A DNA stretch of 36,042 bases. It comes from a virus (lineage: Duplodnaviria > Caudoviricetes). Below, piece after piece: positions 8,221-16,241 of the stretch. The notes under the pieces were generated by a model that did no database searches, had not been told where the DNA came from, and was given only the letters and a program-made list of their open reading frames with translations. The stretch spans positions 1 through 36,042 of IMG/VR virus record IMGVR_UViG_3300033076_000602. One strand, 5' to 3'. Each line of letters begins with the position of its first letter. Position 1 is the first letter of the stretch. The translations under genes and the position numbers were made by a program.

Positions 8221-10380
8221 ATGCCTGTTTTTCAGCTTACGTCTCCGAACGGCGAAAAATACAAAGTCACCGCGCCTGAAGGGGCGACGGCTGAACAGGC
8301 GTTTGAATTTTTTAAGCAGTCCAACCCAAACTTGTTTGTTGCGGCAGAACCCACTGCGCCGAAGTTTCAGCCGGAAAAAGGCAATCTTGAAGGTATGCCA
8401 GAACCGCGCTTAAAAGCCGTTCAAGGTCTGACGGTCGCGCAAGAACGCGGCAATCTTCCGCAATACGACGCAGGCGAAGCAATATCTGCTATGGGCCGTG
8501 GTGCGGTAAAAGCGCTTGGTGGATTGGGCGACATCGGCGGCAGCGCAATCGGTTTGCCGACATCTGAAGAAGTCGCGCAGACATTTGGGCTTCGTCAGAC
8601 ACCTGCTGAATACGCGCCGTTTGAGTTTGTTGGGTCTGTCGCAGGCCCGCAGATTGCTGGTAAAATTGGCTCGACTGTTCTTAAAGCCGGTGCAAAAGGT
8701 TTGAACGTCGTACAGGATATTGTTAACCCGCGTCTTAACGCGCTCGCAACGGCTACAGGCGAAAAAGGCCCTGATATCGTTAACATGCTGCGCGGGTCGA
8801 CGAGCGGCGTTGAAACGGCAGGCCAAGCCGCCGCGCCCGCTGGCAGTGTATCGTTCTCGCAATTCACGCGCGAACTTGAAAAGCACGCTGCCGATACTGC
8901 GGCTGATGCCGCACGCACACAGGATGCGCTTCTTGCTGCACGTTCGAACATGGCTGAAGGCCGCATGGCGGAAGGCTCGCGTAAGTTGGCCGACGTTGTG
9001 GCCGCGCCGAACGAGCAAGATGTCGGCAAGAAATTGATCGCCATCGCCGAAAAAGAAAAGCGGGCGATGAAAGATACGGTTATGAATCCGGCGTTTAAAA
9101 AGCCAGAAGAAATCGCTGGTGGGGCAAAAACGTCTATTAAAAATACAGTGGATGAGGCTTTTGATCTTATAGATACTATAGACCCCGATGCGGCGGCTAT
9201 AATCTCACGCAGGCTTGGCAAGTTTAAAAGCGAGACAACAACTCCCGAGCTTATTGGGCCGGGAGGAGCAACGTATAGAGGCAAATCTGTTACTACGCCG
9301 CCTATGGCTACGCTAACCGAAATTGGTGATATCCGATCTGCCATTAATAGTGCATCGGCTAAAGCAAAAGCGGCGGGGGACGAGGACGGGTTTCGCCGTC
9401 TGTCCCGTCTGCATAGCAAATTGGATCAAGATGTTACCACAAGCGCCAGTTTACCGCCAGAAGCTGTTGATGCGTATAAAGATGCGTTGCGTATCTATGC
9501 GACCGAATACGCGCCGCGGTTTAAGACAGGTCTTCAGTTTGATTTGTTTAAAGTTAAACAGGGTGTAAATGCGATTAAGCCGGAAAATGTCGTCGATAAA
9601 TTTTTCAACAGCCCGACCAACACTGACCAATTCATTGCGCTGTTCGGTGGTAACCCTGAAGCTATGCGGAACGCTCGCGTCGGCATCGAAGGCATGTTCC
9701 GCGACAAGGTTATCAAGGATGGCGTAATTGATATCAAAGCAGCCAACAAATTTCTGGATGATTACGGCGCGCAAATTGATAAGCTTGACGCGCGCGGGCT
9801 TGGCATTCGAGATAAGCTGACGTCGTTGGTTGACGAGACGGCGCGCGTAACAGCGCCCGAGTCACGTATTGCTGAAGTGCGTGGGGCGATTAAAAGCGGT
9901 GAATTGCCGAAAGGCTCCGCGAGCGCCGCAGCGCAACAACAAGCCTCGTCGTTGGCAAACGCAGCGTCGGCGGAAGATTTGACGGCTCTACGCGATGCAG
10001 TTGAGATCGCGCGGCGTCGCGGTGCGTATGAGCAATTGTCAAAAACGCCGACAAAGGCTGAGACAGGCGTGCCGATTGTGCCATCTGAAGCGCCAAGTTT
10101 TCTTAACCTTCCGCTTCGCATTTCAACAGAGGTGTATCGCCGCGTGGCCGGTAAGCTGAACGAAAAAATGTCGCGTCAGCTTGGCGAGCTATTGAGCGAC
10201 CCTAAGCGTTTGAATGAAGCCGCAGACATGATTGAAAAAGCGCTTGCCATGAAGGCAAAGCAAACTCGTCGCGGGGCGGTCAACCTAAACGTACCACTTT
10301 ACGCTGGCGCAATTCCGGCTGGCGTAAACACTCTTGCTCCACCTTCTCAAAACAGTCTCGCAAATCAAACGGGCCAGTAA
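8221..10380 (+). CDS. Putative large DNA ejection/internal virion protein
   Basis: 719 aa helical protein with N-terminal SPNGEKYKVTAPEGAT motif; last gene before the lysis genes. Confidence 0.6.
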   Translation: MPVFQLTSPNGEKYKVTAPEGATAEQAFEFFKQSNPNLFVAAEPTAPKFQPEKGNLEGMPEPRLKAVQGLTVAQERGNLPQYDAGEAISAMGRGAVKALGGLGDIGGSAIGLPTSEEVAQTFGLRQTPAEYAPFEFVGSVAGPQIAGKIGSTVLKAGAKGLNVVQDIVNPRLNALATATGEKGPDIVNMLRGSTSGVETAGQAAAPAGSVSFSQFTRELEKHAADTAADAARTQDALLAARSNMAEGRMAEGSRKLADVVAAPNEQDVGKKLIAIAEKEKRAMKDTVMNPAFKKPEEIAGGAKTSIKNTVDEAFDLIDTIDPDAAAIISRRLGKFKSETTTPELIGPGGATYRGKSVTTPPMATLTEIGDIRSAINSASAKAKAAGDEDGFRRLSRLHSKLDQDVTTSASLPPEAVDAYKDALRIYATEYAPRFKTGLQFDLFKVKQGVNAIKPENVVDKFFNSPTNTDQFIALFGGNPEAMRNARVGIEGMFRDKVIKDGVIDIKAANKFLDDYGAQIDKLDARGLGIRDKLTSLVDETARVTAPESRIAEVRGAIKSGELPKGSASAAAQQQASSLANAASAEDLTALRDAVEIARRRGAYEQLSKTPTKAETGVPIVPSEAPSFLNLPLRISTEVYRRVAGKLNEKMSRQLGELLSDPKRLNEAADMIEKALAMKAKQTRRGAVNLNVPLYAGAIPAGVNTLAPPSQNSLANQTGQ

Positions 10381-10382
10381 CT

Positions 10383-10631
10383 ATGGATACACAAGACTTA
10401 ATTAACGGCGCGTTTGCGTTCATTATGGCTGTAGGCGGATGGTTCGCGCGCGAAGTATGGGGTGCGGTTAAAGAGTTACGATCTGATTTGCACGCGATTG
10501 AGAGCGGGCTACCAAAAGAATACGTCTTAAAGGTAGACCTAGACAAACGCATGGAGCACATTGAGCACATGTTCCAGCGCATATACGACAAGATCGACAC
10601 AAAGATTTCTAGAGATGAAATGTCAAAATAA
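10383..10631 (+). CDS. Small membrane-anchored coiled-coil protein (holin/antiholin-like)
   Basis: One N-terminal hydrophobic helix followed by a coiled coil, at the start of the lysis region. Confidence 0.5.
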   Translation: MDTQDLINGAFAFIMAVGGWFAREVWGAVKELRSDLHAIESGLPKEYVLKVDLDKRMEHIEHMFQRIYDKIDTKISRDEMSK

Positions 10632-11292
10632 AACAAATTTTTATGTTTATGAACATTGGCGTCTTGACCGTGACGAGTGCTTTTATGTTGGTAAAGGTAC
10701 GGGCCGACGCGCGTACGTGTTTGATGGCAGAAATAAATACCACAAAGCGATTTGCGCGAAATTAAACCGAATTGGTTCTGCTTTTGAAGTACGTATTGTT
10801 GCCGCTGGGCTTACAGAAAACGAGGCTTTTGAACTTGAAGTAGAACGCATAAAATTTTGGCGCGGCGCTAATGTTGAGCTAGCGAATCTTGCCGCAGGCG
10901 GAAAAGGTGGTTTGGCAGGGTACATATTGCCAGAAGATCATAAACAAAAAATATCCCGAGCACTAAAGGGTGTTAAAAAACCTGAAGGGTTTAGTGAAAA
11001 AGTATCGCGTGCTTCTAAAGGGCGAAAAGCATCCGATGAATTACGCGCTAAACTATCGCTGGCGCATAAAGGTAAAAAACAAGGTCCGCGAAGCGAAGAA
11101 ATAAAAAGAAAGCTATCGTTAGCTAAAAAAGGCATAAAATTTAGCGAAGAACACAAACAAAAACTTCGCGAAGCGCGGTTGCGGTCAAAATTTAACCCTG
11201 CTCTAGGTCATAAAGTGTCTGACGAAGCAAAAGCTGTTATGGCAGAAAAGCGGCGTCAGTGGTGGGCTAAAAAACGAATGGAGACAACGTAA
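10615..11292 (+). CDS. GIY-YIG-family homing endonuclease with NUMOD3-type repeats
   Basis: FYVYEHWR...FYVGKG...R...E...N nuclease domain followed by repeated SEE(H/I)KxK(I/L)S-x-A-x-KG units; AT-richer than its flanks. Start placed at ATG 10615. Confidence 0.85.
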   Translation: MKCQNKTNFYVYEHWRLDRDECFYVGKGTGRRAYVFDGRNKYHKAICAKLNRIGSAFEVRIVAAGLTENEAFELEVERIKFWRGANVELANLAAGGKGGLAGYILPEDHKQKISRALKGVKKPEGFSEKVSRASKGRKASDELRAKLSLAHKGKKQGPRSEEIKRKLSLAKKGIKFSEEHKQKLREARLRSKFNPALGHKVSDEAKAVMAEKRRQWWAKKRMETT

Positions 11293-11666
11293 TGGTATTC
11301 GGTATCGCTGACGCAGTAGGTGCAGGGCTCAAGGTTCTTGATAAATTCATAGCGGATCCTGACGCGCGATTTAAGGCCGAGGCCGAGTTGCGCGCGGCGC
11401 TGTTCGCGCTTGACGCCAAGCAGACGGAAGTCAACGCCGCAGAGGCCGCGAACCCGAACGTGTTCGTATCCGGCTGGCGTCCGGCTATCGGTTGGATCGG
11501 CGCTGCCGGTCTGGCGTACCATTTCGTTTTGAACCCTATCCTTGTCGGTCTCGGATGGACGGCGTTGCCAAAACTGGATGGTATGCTGTTCGAGTTGATT
11601 TTTGCTTTGCTCGGCATGGGCGGCCTTCGCACATACGAAAAAGTTAAAGGTGTCGCATCCAAATGA
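11292..11666 (+). CDS. Holin, 3TM gene-transfer-agent-type family
   Basis: FVSGWRPAIGW and LLGMGGLRTYEK signatures; directly upstream of the endolysin. Confidence 0.85.
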   Translation: MVFGIADAVGAGLKVLDKFIADPDARFKAEAELRAALFALDAKQTEVNAAEAANPNVFVSGWRPAIGWIGAAGLAYHFVLNPILVGLGWTALPKLDGMLFELIFALLGMGGLRTYEKVKGVASK

Positions 11667-12049
11667 AAGAGTTAGACGCGCGGTCTTTAAAGCGTCTTGA
11701 AGGTGTGCATGACGACCTTGTGAAGGTCGTCAAACTTGCTTTTGATCTGTCGCCCAACGTCTTTATCGTGACTGAAGGTCTACGCACGCTCGAACGCCAG
11801 AAACAGCTTCTCGCCGCAGGCGCGTCTCAGACGCTGCGCTCGCGCCACCTGACCGGCCACGCAACCGATCTGGCGGTTAAAGTCGGCGCAGAGGTGCGGT
11901 GGGACTGGCCGCTTTACAGCGCGTTGGCCGTCGTCATGAAAGACGCAGCTAACCAGTTGGGTGTGCCGATTGAATGGGGCGGCGATTGGAAAAGTTTGGT
12001 CGATGGGCCGCACTACCAACTGCCATGGCGTGAGTACCCGATCACATGA
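11663..12049 (+). CDS. Endolysin, peptidase M15 (L-Ala-D-Glu peptidase type)
   Basis: EGLRT..RQ, SRHLTGHATD and WGGDW...DGPHYQL zinc-peptidase motifs. Confidence 0.9.
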   Translation: MKELDARSLKRLEGVHDDLVKVVKLAFDLSPNVFIVTEGLRTLERQKQLLAAGASQTLRSRHLTGHATDLAVKVGAEVRWDWPLYSALAVVMKDAANQLGVPIEWGGDWKSLVDGPHYQLPWREYPIT

Positions 12050-12245
12050 TGGGCTTGTCGGGCCGCACGCCGATCAGTTCTTCACGCTCGCGCTGGGCGC
12101 GCAGGATGGTGAACCGCTGATGGAGGCGCGTTAGGATGGTGGGCCGCTTGAATGTCTCAAACTCCTGCACAATCATCGCGTGCAGTTCGTCTTCGGTTTT
12201 GTGATTGAGTATGCGCTGCATCTCTCGCCAAGTCAGTTTCTTCAT
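12042..12245 (-). CDS. Hypothetical phage protein
   Basis: 67 aa, ATGA-coupled to the helicase stop. Confidence 0.65.
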   Translation of the reverse strand: MKKLTWREMQRILNHKTEDELHAMIVQEFETFKRPTILTRLHQRFTILRAQREREELIGVRPDKPIM

Positions 12246-13570
12246 TTCAAAGCCTCTAATGCCACGTCAGAAATTCCGCGCTTGTCATGCAAAGCGCCCC
12301 AAATGCGTTCGTCCACGGTTCCGGTCGTCAAGAAAACATAGCACCAGACGTCGTGTCGCTGCCCGCTGCGATGAAGACGACCGACCGTCTGCTCGTACAA
12401 TTCCAAAGACCACGGCAGCGACAAGAACACAATATGACAGCCGCCGTGCTGAAGATTGAGCCCGTGGCCCGCCGACTTCGGATGCACCAGCAGGAGCGGT
12501 ATCTTGCCAGCGTTCCAGTTTTCCACAGCGTTTTCGTCATCAAGCGTTTTTGCCTGTGGATAACGTCGCTTCAACTCATCCAGTTCCTCACGGTATCCGT
12601 ACGCGATGATCGTGTTCGCGTGCTGGTTCTCATCTAATAATTCATCAAGCCTATCAAATTTATGGTGACTGATCCATTTGGGCTTGTCTGCGTACACGAA
12701 CCCCGACGCCATCTGCTGAAGTTTGGACGTGACCACGGCGGCGTTGGCGGCGATTGCGGTCGCGTCCGTGAACTCCACCATAAAATCGCGCTTCATCGTG
12801 TTGTAGGCGGTCATGTCCATGTCGGACTTGATCTCGACGACGTGGAGCGGGGGCAGCTTGTCTTTGTATTCGCCCGGCTCAAGCACGAAGGTTGCAGGTT
12901 TGATGCGCTGCATGACCTGCTCAAGCGCGCCGTTGCGCGGCTCCCACTGGCCATATTCTTGGTTCAGGCAGTAAAAGTATTGTTGCAAGAACGCGCCTTT
13001 CGACCGCCCGAGCAGGCGCTGGTCGATGATCTTGCACTGACCAAATACATCCTCAAGCCCGTTTGATGTGAAGCTGCCGGTCAGCCCATACCGTATTGGC
13101 ACGCCATCAATAATCTTGGCCAAGGCTTTAAAACGCGCGCCCGACGGGTTTTTAAGCCGCGTCAGCTCATCAAACACGACGCCTTTAAACCCAAAGTCAG
13201 CAAGAGATTTATTCCCGCATAGTTTTGCCAGCCACTGAATGTTCTCGTAATTTATGACCACCACATTAGCGCCGGTCACGGCAGGGTCTGCGAGCGCGGC
13301 GCGGCGCCCCTTCTCAGACCCTATGGCAACACGGCATTTCAGGCGGCGTGTCCATTTTGGCATCTCGACCGGCCAGACATCCGTACAGACGCGTTTCGGC
13401 GCGATGACGAGCCACCGCCCGTTGGCGAACACGGGCTCGTCCAGCAGCGCCTCCATAGTCGTCAGAGCGATACAGGTTTTCCCCGCGCCGACAGACGCAA
13501 GCACAAGCGCGCGGTCACGCTCAAACAGGAAGTCAACGGCTTGGTTTTGATATGGACGCAACCCACTCAT
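12242..13570 (-). CDS. SNF2-like (SF2) helicase
   Basis: LRPYQ, GAGKT, VFDE, GLTGS, HPKSAGHGLNLQ and QTVGRLHRSGQ motifs. Confidence 0.93.
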   Translation of the reverse strand: MSGLRPYQNQAVDFLFERDRALVLASVGAGKTCIALTTMEALLDEPVFANGRWLVIAPKRVCTDVWPVEMPKWTRRLKCRVAIGSEKGRRAALADPAVTGANVVVINYENIQWLAKLCGNKSLADFGFKGVVFDELTRLKNPSGARFKALAKIIDGVPIRYGLTGSFTSNGLEDVFGQCKIIDQRLLGRSKGAFLQQYFYCLNQEYGQWEPRNGALEQVMQRIKPATFVLEPGEYKDKLPPLHVVEIKSDMDMTAYNTMKRDFMVEFTDATAIAANAAVVTSKLQQMASGFVYADKPKWISHHKFDRLDELLDENQHANTIIAYGYREELDELKRRYPQAKTLDDENAVENWNAGKIPLLLVHPKSAGHGLNLQHGGCHIVFLSLPWSLELYEQTVGRLHRSGQRHDVWCYVFLTTGTVDERIWGALHDKRGISDVALEALK

Positions 13571-13820
13571 CAACGTCGCCCTTCGACCACAATACTGTAT
13601 AGTTCTGTTTCAATCTGAACATTTCTGTTGCGAACACGCGCTGCAACGGCGAGATCGTGCCACCCTCGGTCTTGATCTCAACGAACCATGTCGAGCCGTC
13701 CGGCAGGCAGGCAATACGGTCGGCTACGCCGCGATTGGCGGGCGAGACAAACTTGTACGTTTTGCCGCCGATCTCTTCGACGCGCTTTTTGAAATACGCT
13801 TCAACTTGTTTTTCGAGCAT
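13533..13820 (-). CDS. VRR-NUC domain nuclease
   Basis: EKQVE...KFVSPANRGVADRI...FVEIKTEGG..SPLQ PD-(D/E)xK pattern, adjacent to the helicase. Confidence 0.9.
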   Translation of the reverse strand: MLEKQVEAYFKKRVEEIGGKTYKFVSPANRGVADRIACLPDGSTWFVEIKTEGGTISPLQRVFATEMFRLKQNYTVLWSKGDVDEWVASISKPSR

Positions 13821-13995
13821 TATCCGCCAACCAATCAATTATTTCACGGGGGCTTTTACCTTTAAATTTTGGGGTCTCAAGTAAAAATACTACCGCAAAA
13901 CCTAGCGTTTCTATCAAATCAGTTTGGTTTTCTTTTAAATATTTAATTTCTTCATTTAGTTCTTGTATGCGTCGTTGTTGCGCCGCTTCGTTCAT
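13801..13995 (-). CDS. Hypothetical protein (64 aa)
   Basis: ATG at 13995 behind SD AAGGAG; first gene of the leftward replication unit. Confidence 0.55.
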   Translation of the reverse strand: MNEAAQQRRIQELNEEIKYLKENQTDLIETLGFAVVFLLETPKFKGKSPREIIDWLADNARKTS

Positions 13996-14008
13996 ATCGT
14001 TCTCCTTC

Positions 14009-14074
14009 GCTATAACTATCCACATAAGATGCAACAAATTGTTTGACAACTCATCCGGCGTGATTTTATGTGGA
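14009..14074. promoter_or_regulatory. Divergent sigma70-like promoter pair
   Basis: Rightward TTGACA (14043-14048)-17-TTATGT and leftward TTGTTG-17-TATAGC in an AT-rich gap between divergent operons. Confidence 0.55.
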
Positions 14075-14101
14075 GACCTCAACAGTAAAGGAGACAGTAA
14101 A

Positions 14102-14332
14102 GTGGTAAAAATATTAACGCCGTTATCAAAAAAAAGTACGTACGAATATGAAGTAGAAATGACGCGTAAAAGATTACTGCAAGATAAATTTAACCGTACA
14201 AATCAATTACGCGCGGAAAAAATAATACGTATTTTGCACACTGCCGTCTTAGACGCGAGTTCAAAACTAATTTTGCAAAACCACATAATAAACAATCTTG
14301 AATTAAAAATTAAAAAGTTGGAGCAAAAATAA
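14102..14332 (+). CDS. Hypothetical protein (76 aa)
   Basis: GTG start behind AAGGAG; stop overlaps the next ATG (TAATG); AT-rich. Confidence 0.55.
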   Translation: MVKILTPLSKKSTYEYEVEMTRKRLLQDKFNRTNQLRAEKIIRILHTAVLDASSKLILQNHIINNLELKIKKLEQK

Positions 14333-15462
14333 TGGCGCACAGTACAATCGTCGGCGGCTCAACCGCCAAGCGGGTTTTAGCCTGCCCCGGCTCTGTCGCT
14401 CTCGTCCAGAAAATGCCGCCGCAAGAGTCGTCCTCCTACGCTGACGAAGGCACGCTGCTGCACGAAGTCGTGGCCGAGGTCATGCAAGACGGCATAGACA
14501 GCAAAAAATTTATCGGACGCGAATACAACGGTATTGTCTTAACCGACGAACTCTACGATACGAAACTCCTGCCAGCCCTTATGATGTTCGAACAGGTTGA
14601 TCCTGACGGTTTGATGGAGTTGATGGTTGAGACGCGTGTATCTTTTGGCAGCTATTTGCCTGACGTTTTTGGCTCTTGCGACATCCTTGGCCGTATCGGC
14701 AATCGCGCGTACGTGGTCGATTGGAAGTTTGGAGACGGAGTTGCCGTCATAGCCGAAGAAAACCCGCAGCTCCTGTTCTACGCGGCAGCAGCGCGGCGCA
14801 CCGAGGCGGCAAAGTGGATTTTTGAAGGCGCGACCGAGATCGAGTGCATCATCATCCAGCCGACGCGCGGCATGTCCCGCTGGGTGACAACGCCCGACCG
14901 GCTCGACCGTTTTGAGCGTGACCTGAAGCGCGCCGTCAAGATCGCGCAACAGCCTGACGCACCGATGAAGTCCGGCGCACACTGCCGTTTCTGTGCGGCA
15001 AAGCCGATCTGCCCGATCATGCGCGGCGATGTTGACCGCGCGGTTGTCACGACCTTGCAGGCGCTCGACGTTGACGAACTCGGCCACTACCTGCACATGG
15101 CGAAGCGCCTTGAAGATTGGTCGAAAGACCTGCACAAACTCGCGCAACAGATGCTGGAGAAGGGCATCCCCGTGACGGGCTGGAAGCTCGTCCCGAAGCG
15201 CGCGACACGGCAATGGGTGGATGAAGAGCTGGCGAAAGTCGCGCTGTTCAAACACCTGAAAGAATCTGACGTTGTTGAGACGAACCTGATCTCACCGGCC
15301 AAAGCGGAAACGCTGTTGAAAAAGCAGCGCATCCCTTTACCGAACGATCTGGTTGTCGCAATATCGTCGGGTAGCACGCTGGCCCCAGAGGATGACCCTC
15401 GACCAGCAGTGTTAAACATCGGGAAGCAGTTGACTGCGGCCCTTGGTAAACTAGGAGAATAA
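14332..15462 (+). CDS. DUF2800-type PD-(D/E)xK (Cas4-like) exonuclease
   Basis: CPGS...A.EGT.LH, FGSCD, DWKFG, NPQL..YA and HCRFC...CP motifs. Confidence 0.88.
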   Translation: MAHSTIVGGSTAKRVLACPGSVALVQKMPPQESSSYADEGTLLHEVVAEVMQDGIDSKKFIGREYNGIVLTDELYDTKLLPALMMFEQVDPDGLMELMVETRVSFGSYLPDVFGSCDILGRIGNRAYVVDWKFGDGVAVIAEENPQLLFYAAAARRTEAAKWIFEGATEIECIIIQPTRGMSRWVTTPDRLDRFERDLKRAVKIAQQPDAPMKSGAHCRFCAAKPICPIMRGDVDRAVVTTLQALDVDELGHYLHMAKRLEDWSKDLHKLAQQMLEKGIPVTGWKLVPKRATRQWVDEELAKVALFKHLKESDVVETNLISPAKAETLLKKQRIPLPNDLVVAISSGSTLAPEDDPRPAVLNIGKQLTAALGKLGE

Positions 15463-15466
15463 GCTA

Positions 15467-16120
15467 ATGTCTAATGCAGTATCGACCTTTTCTAACGCTG
15501 GCCTTCCGTCTGTCTCAAGCCTGACAGACGCACTTCGTTCCATTCAGACTGACGTCGGCCCCGGCGGTGTTGCCATCCTCAAGATGGACAAGACCGGTCA
15601 CTGGGTGTTCGGCGCTGACCAGACCGAAGTGCAGGACGGCTCAACTTGGGCCATCAACCCGTTCTCTTTCGTCCACGGCTTTATTGCTTGGGGCGAAGGC
15701 GAAGTGTTGGGTGAGAAGATGGTCCCTGTGTCAACGCCGCTTCCAGAAATGGACGCAGCGCCTCCGGGCGCAAAGCGCGGTTGGGAGACACAGGTCGGCA
15801 TGTCGCTGAAGTGCCTTGATGGTGATGACGCGGGGCTTGAGTGCCGCTTCACAACCACCTCGGTCGGCGGCAAGCGCGCAGTCTCGGCTCTGGCCGTTGC
15901 GATTGCAACGCAGGTTGAAGCGGACCAGACGAAGCCTGTGGCAGTGGTGAAGCTCAAAAAAGAGCATTACCAGCACAAGTCTTACGGTCGCATCTTCACG
16001 CCTGTCTTTGAGGTCGTGAAGTGGATCGGCATGGAAGGGCCGGACGCAGCGTCCGAGCCTGAGTTGCCGCTCGAAGAAGAGACACCCGCTCCGACACGTC
16101 GCCGTCGCGCCGCTGTCTAA
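15467..16120 (+). CDS. Putative single-stranded DNA-binding protein
   Basis: Lies between exonuclease and polymerase; aromatic beta-rich core and acidic C-terminal stretch. Confidence 0.55.
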   Translation: MSNAVSTFSNAGLPSVSSLTDALRSIQTDVGPGGVAILKMDKTGHWVFGADQTEVQDGSTWAINPFSFVHGFIAWGEGEVLGEKMVPVSTPLPEMDAAPPGAKRGWETQVGMSLKCLDGDDAGLECRFTTTSVGGKRAVSALAVAIATQVEADQTKPVAVVKLKKEHYQHKSYGRIFTPVFEVVKWIGMEGPDAASEPELPLEEETPAPTRRRRAAV

Positions 16121-16128
16121 GTGAGTGA

Positions 16129-16220
16129 CGGGGCGGTCAAGCCAGCACTCAAGGATGTTGCACACACGGTCTTTTCTGGCTTTCTGCCGTGTCTTGTTGA
16201 GCAACCGAATTGACGCCCCG
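16129..16220 (+). ncRNA. Candidate structured cis-regulatory RNA with pseudoknot upstream of the DNA polymerase gene
   Basis: Nested stems CGGGGCG/CGCCCCG, GTTGC/GCAAC and ACACGGT/GCCGTGT, plus loop-loop complementarity AAGCCAG/CTGGCTT. Confidence 0.5.
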
Positions 16221-16241
16221 ATCTTCTAGCAAGGAAATAAC

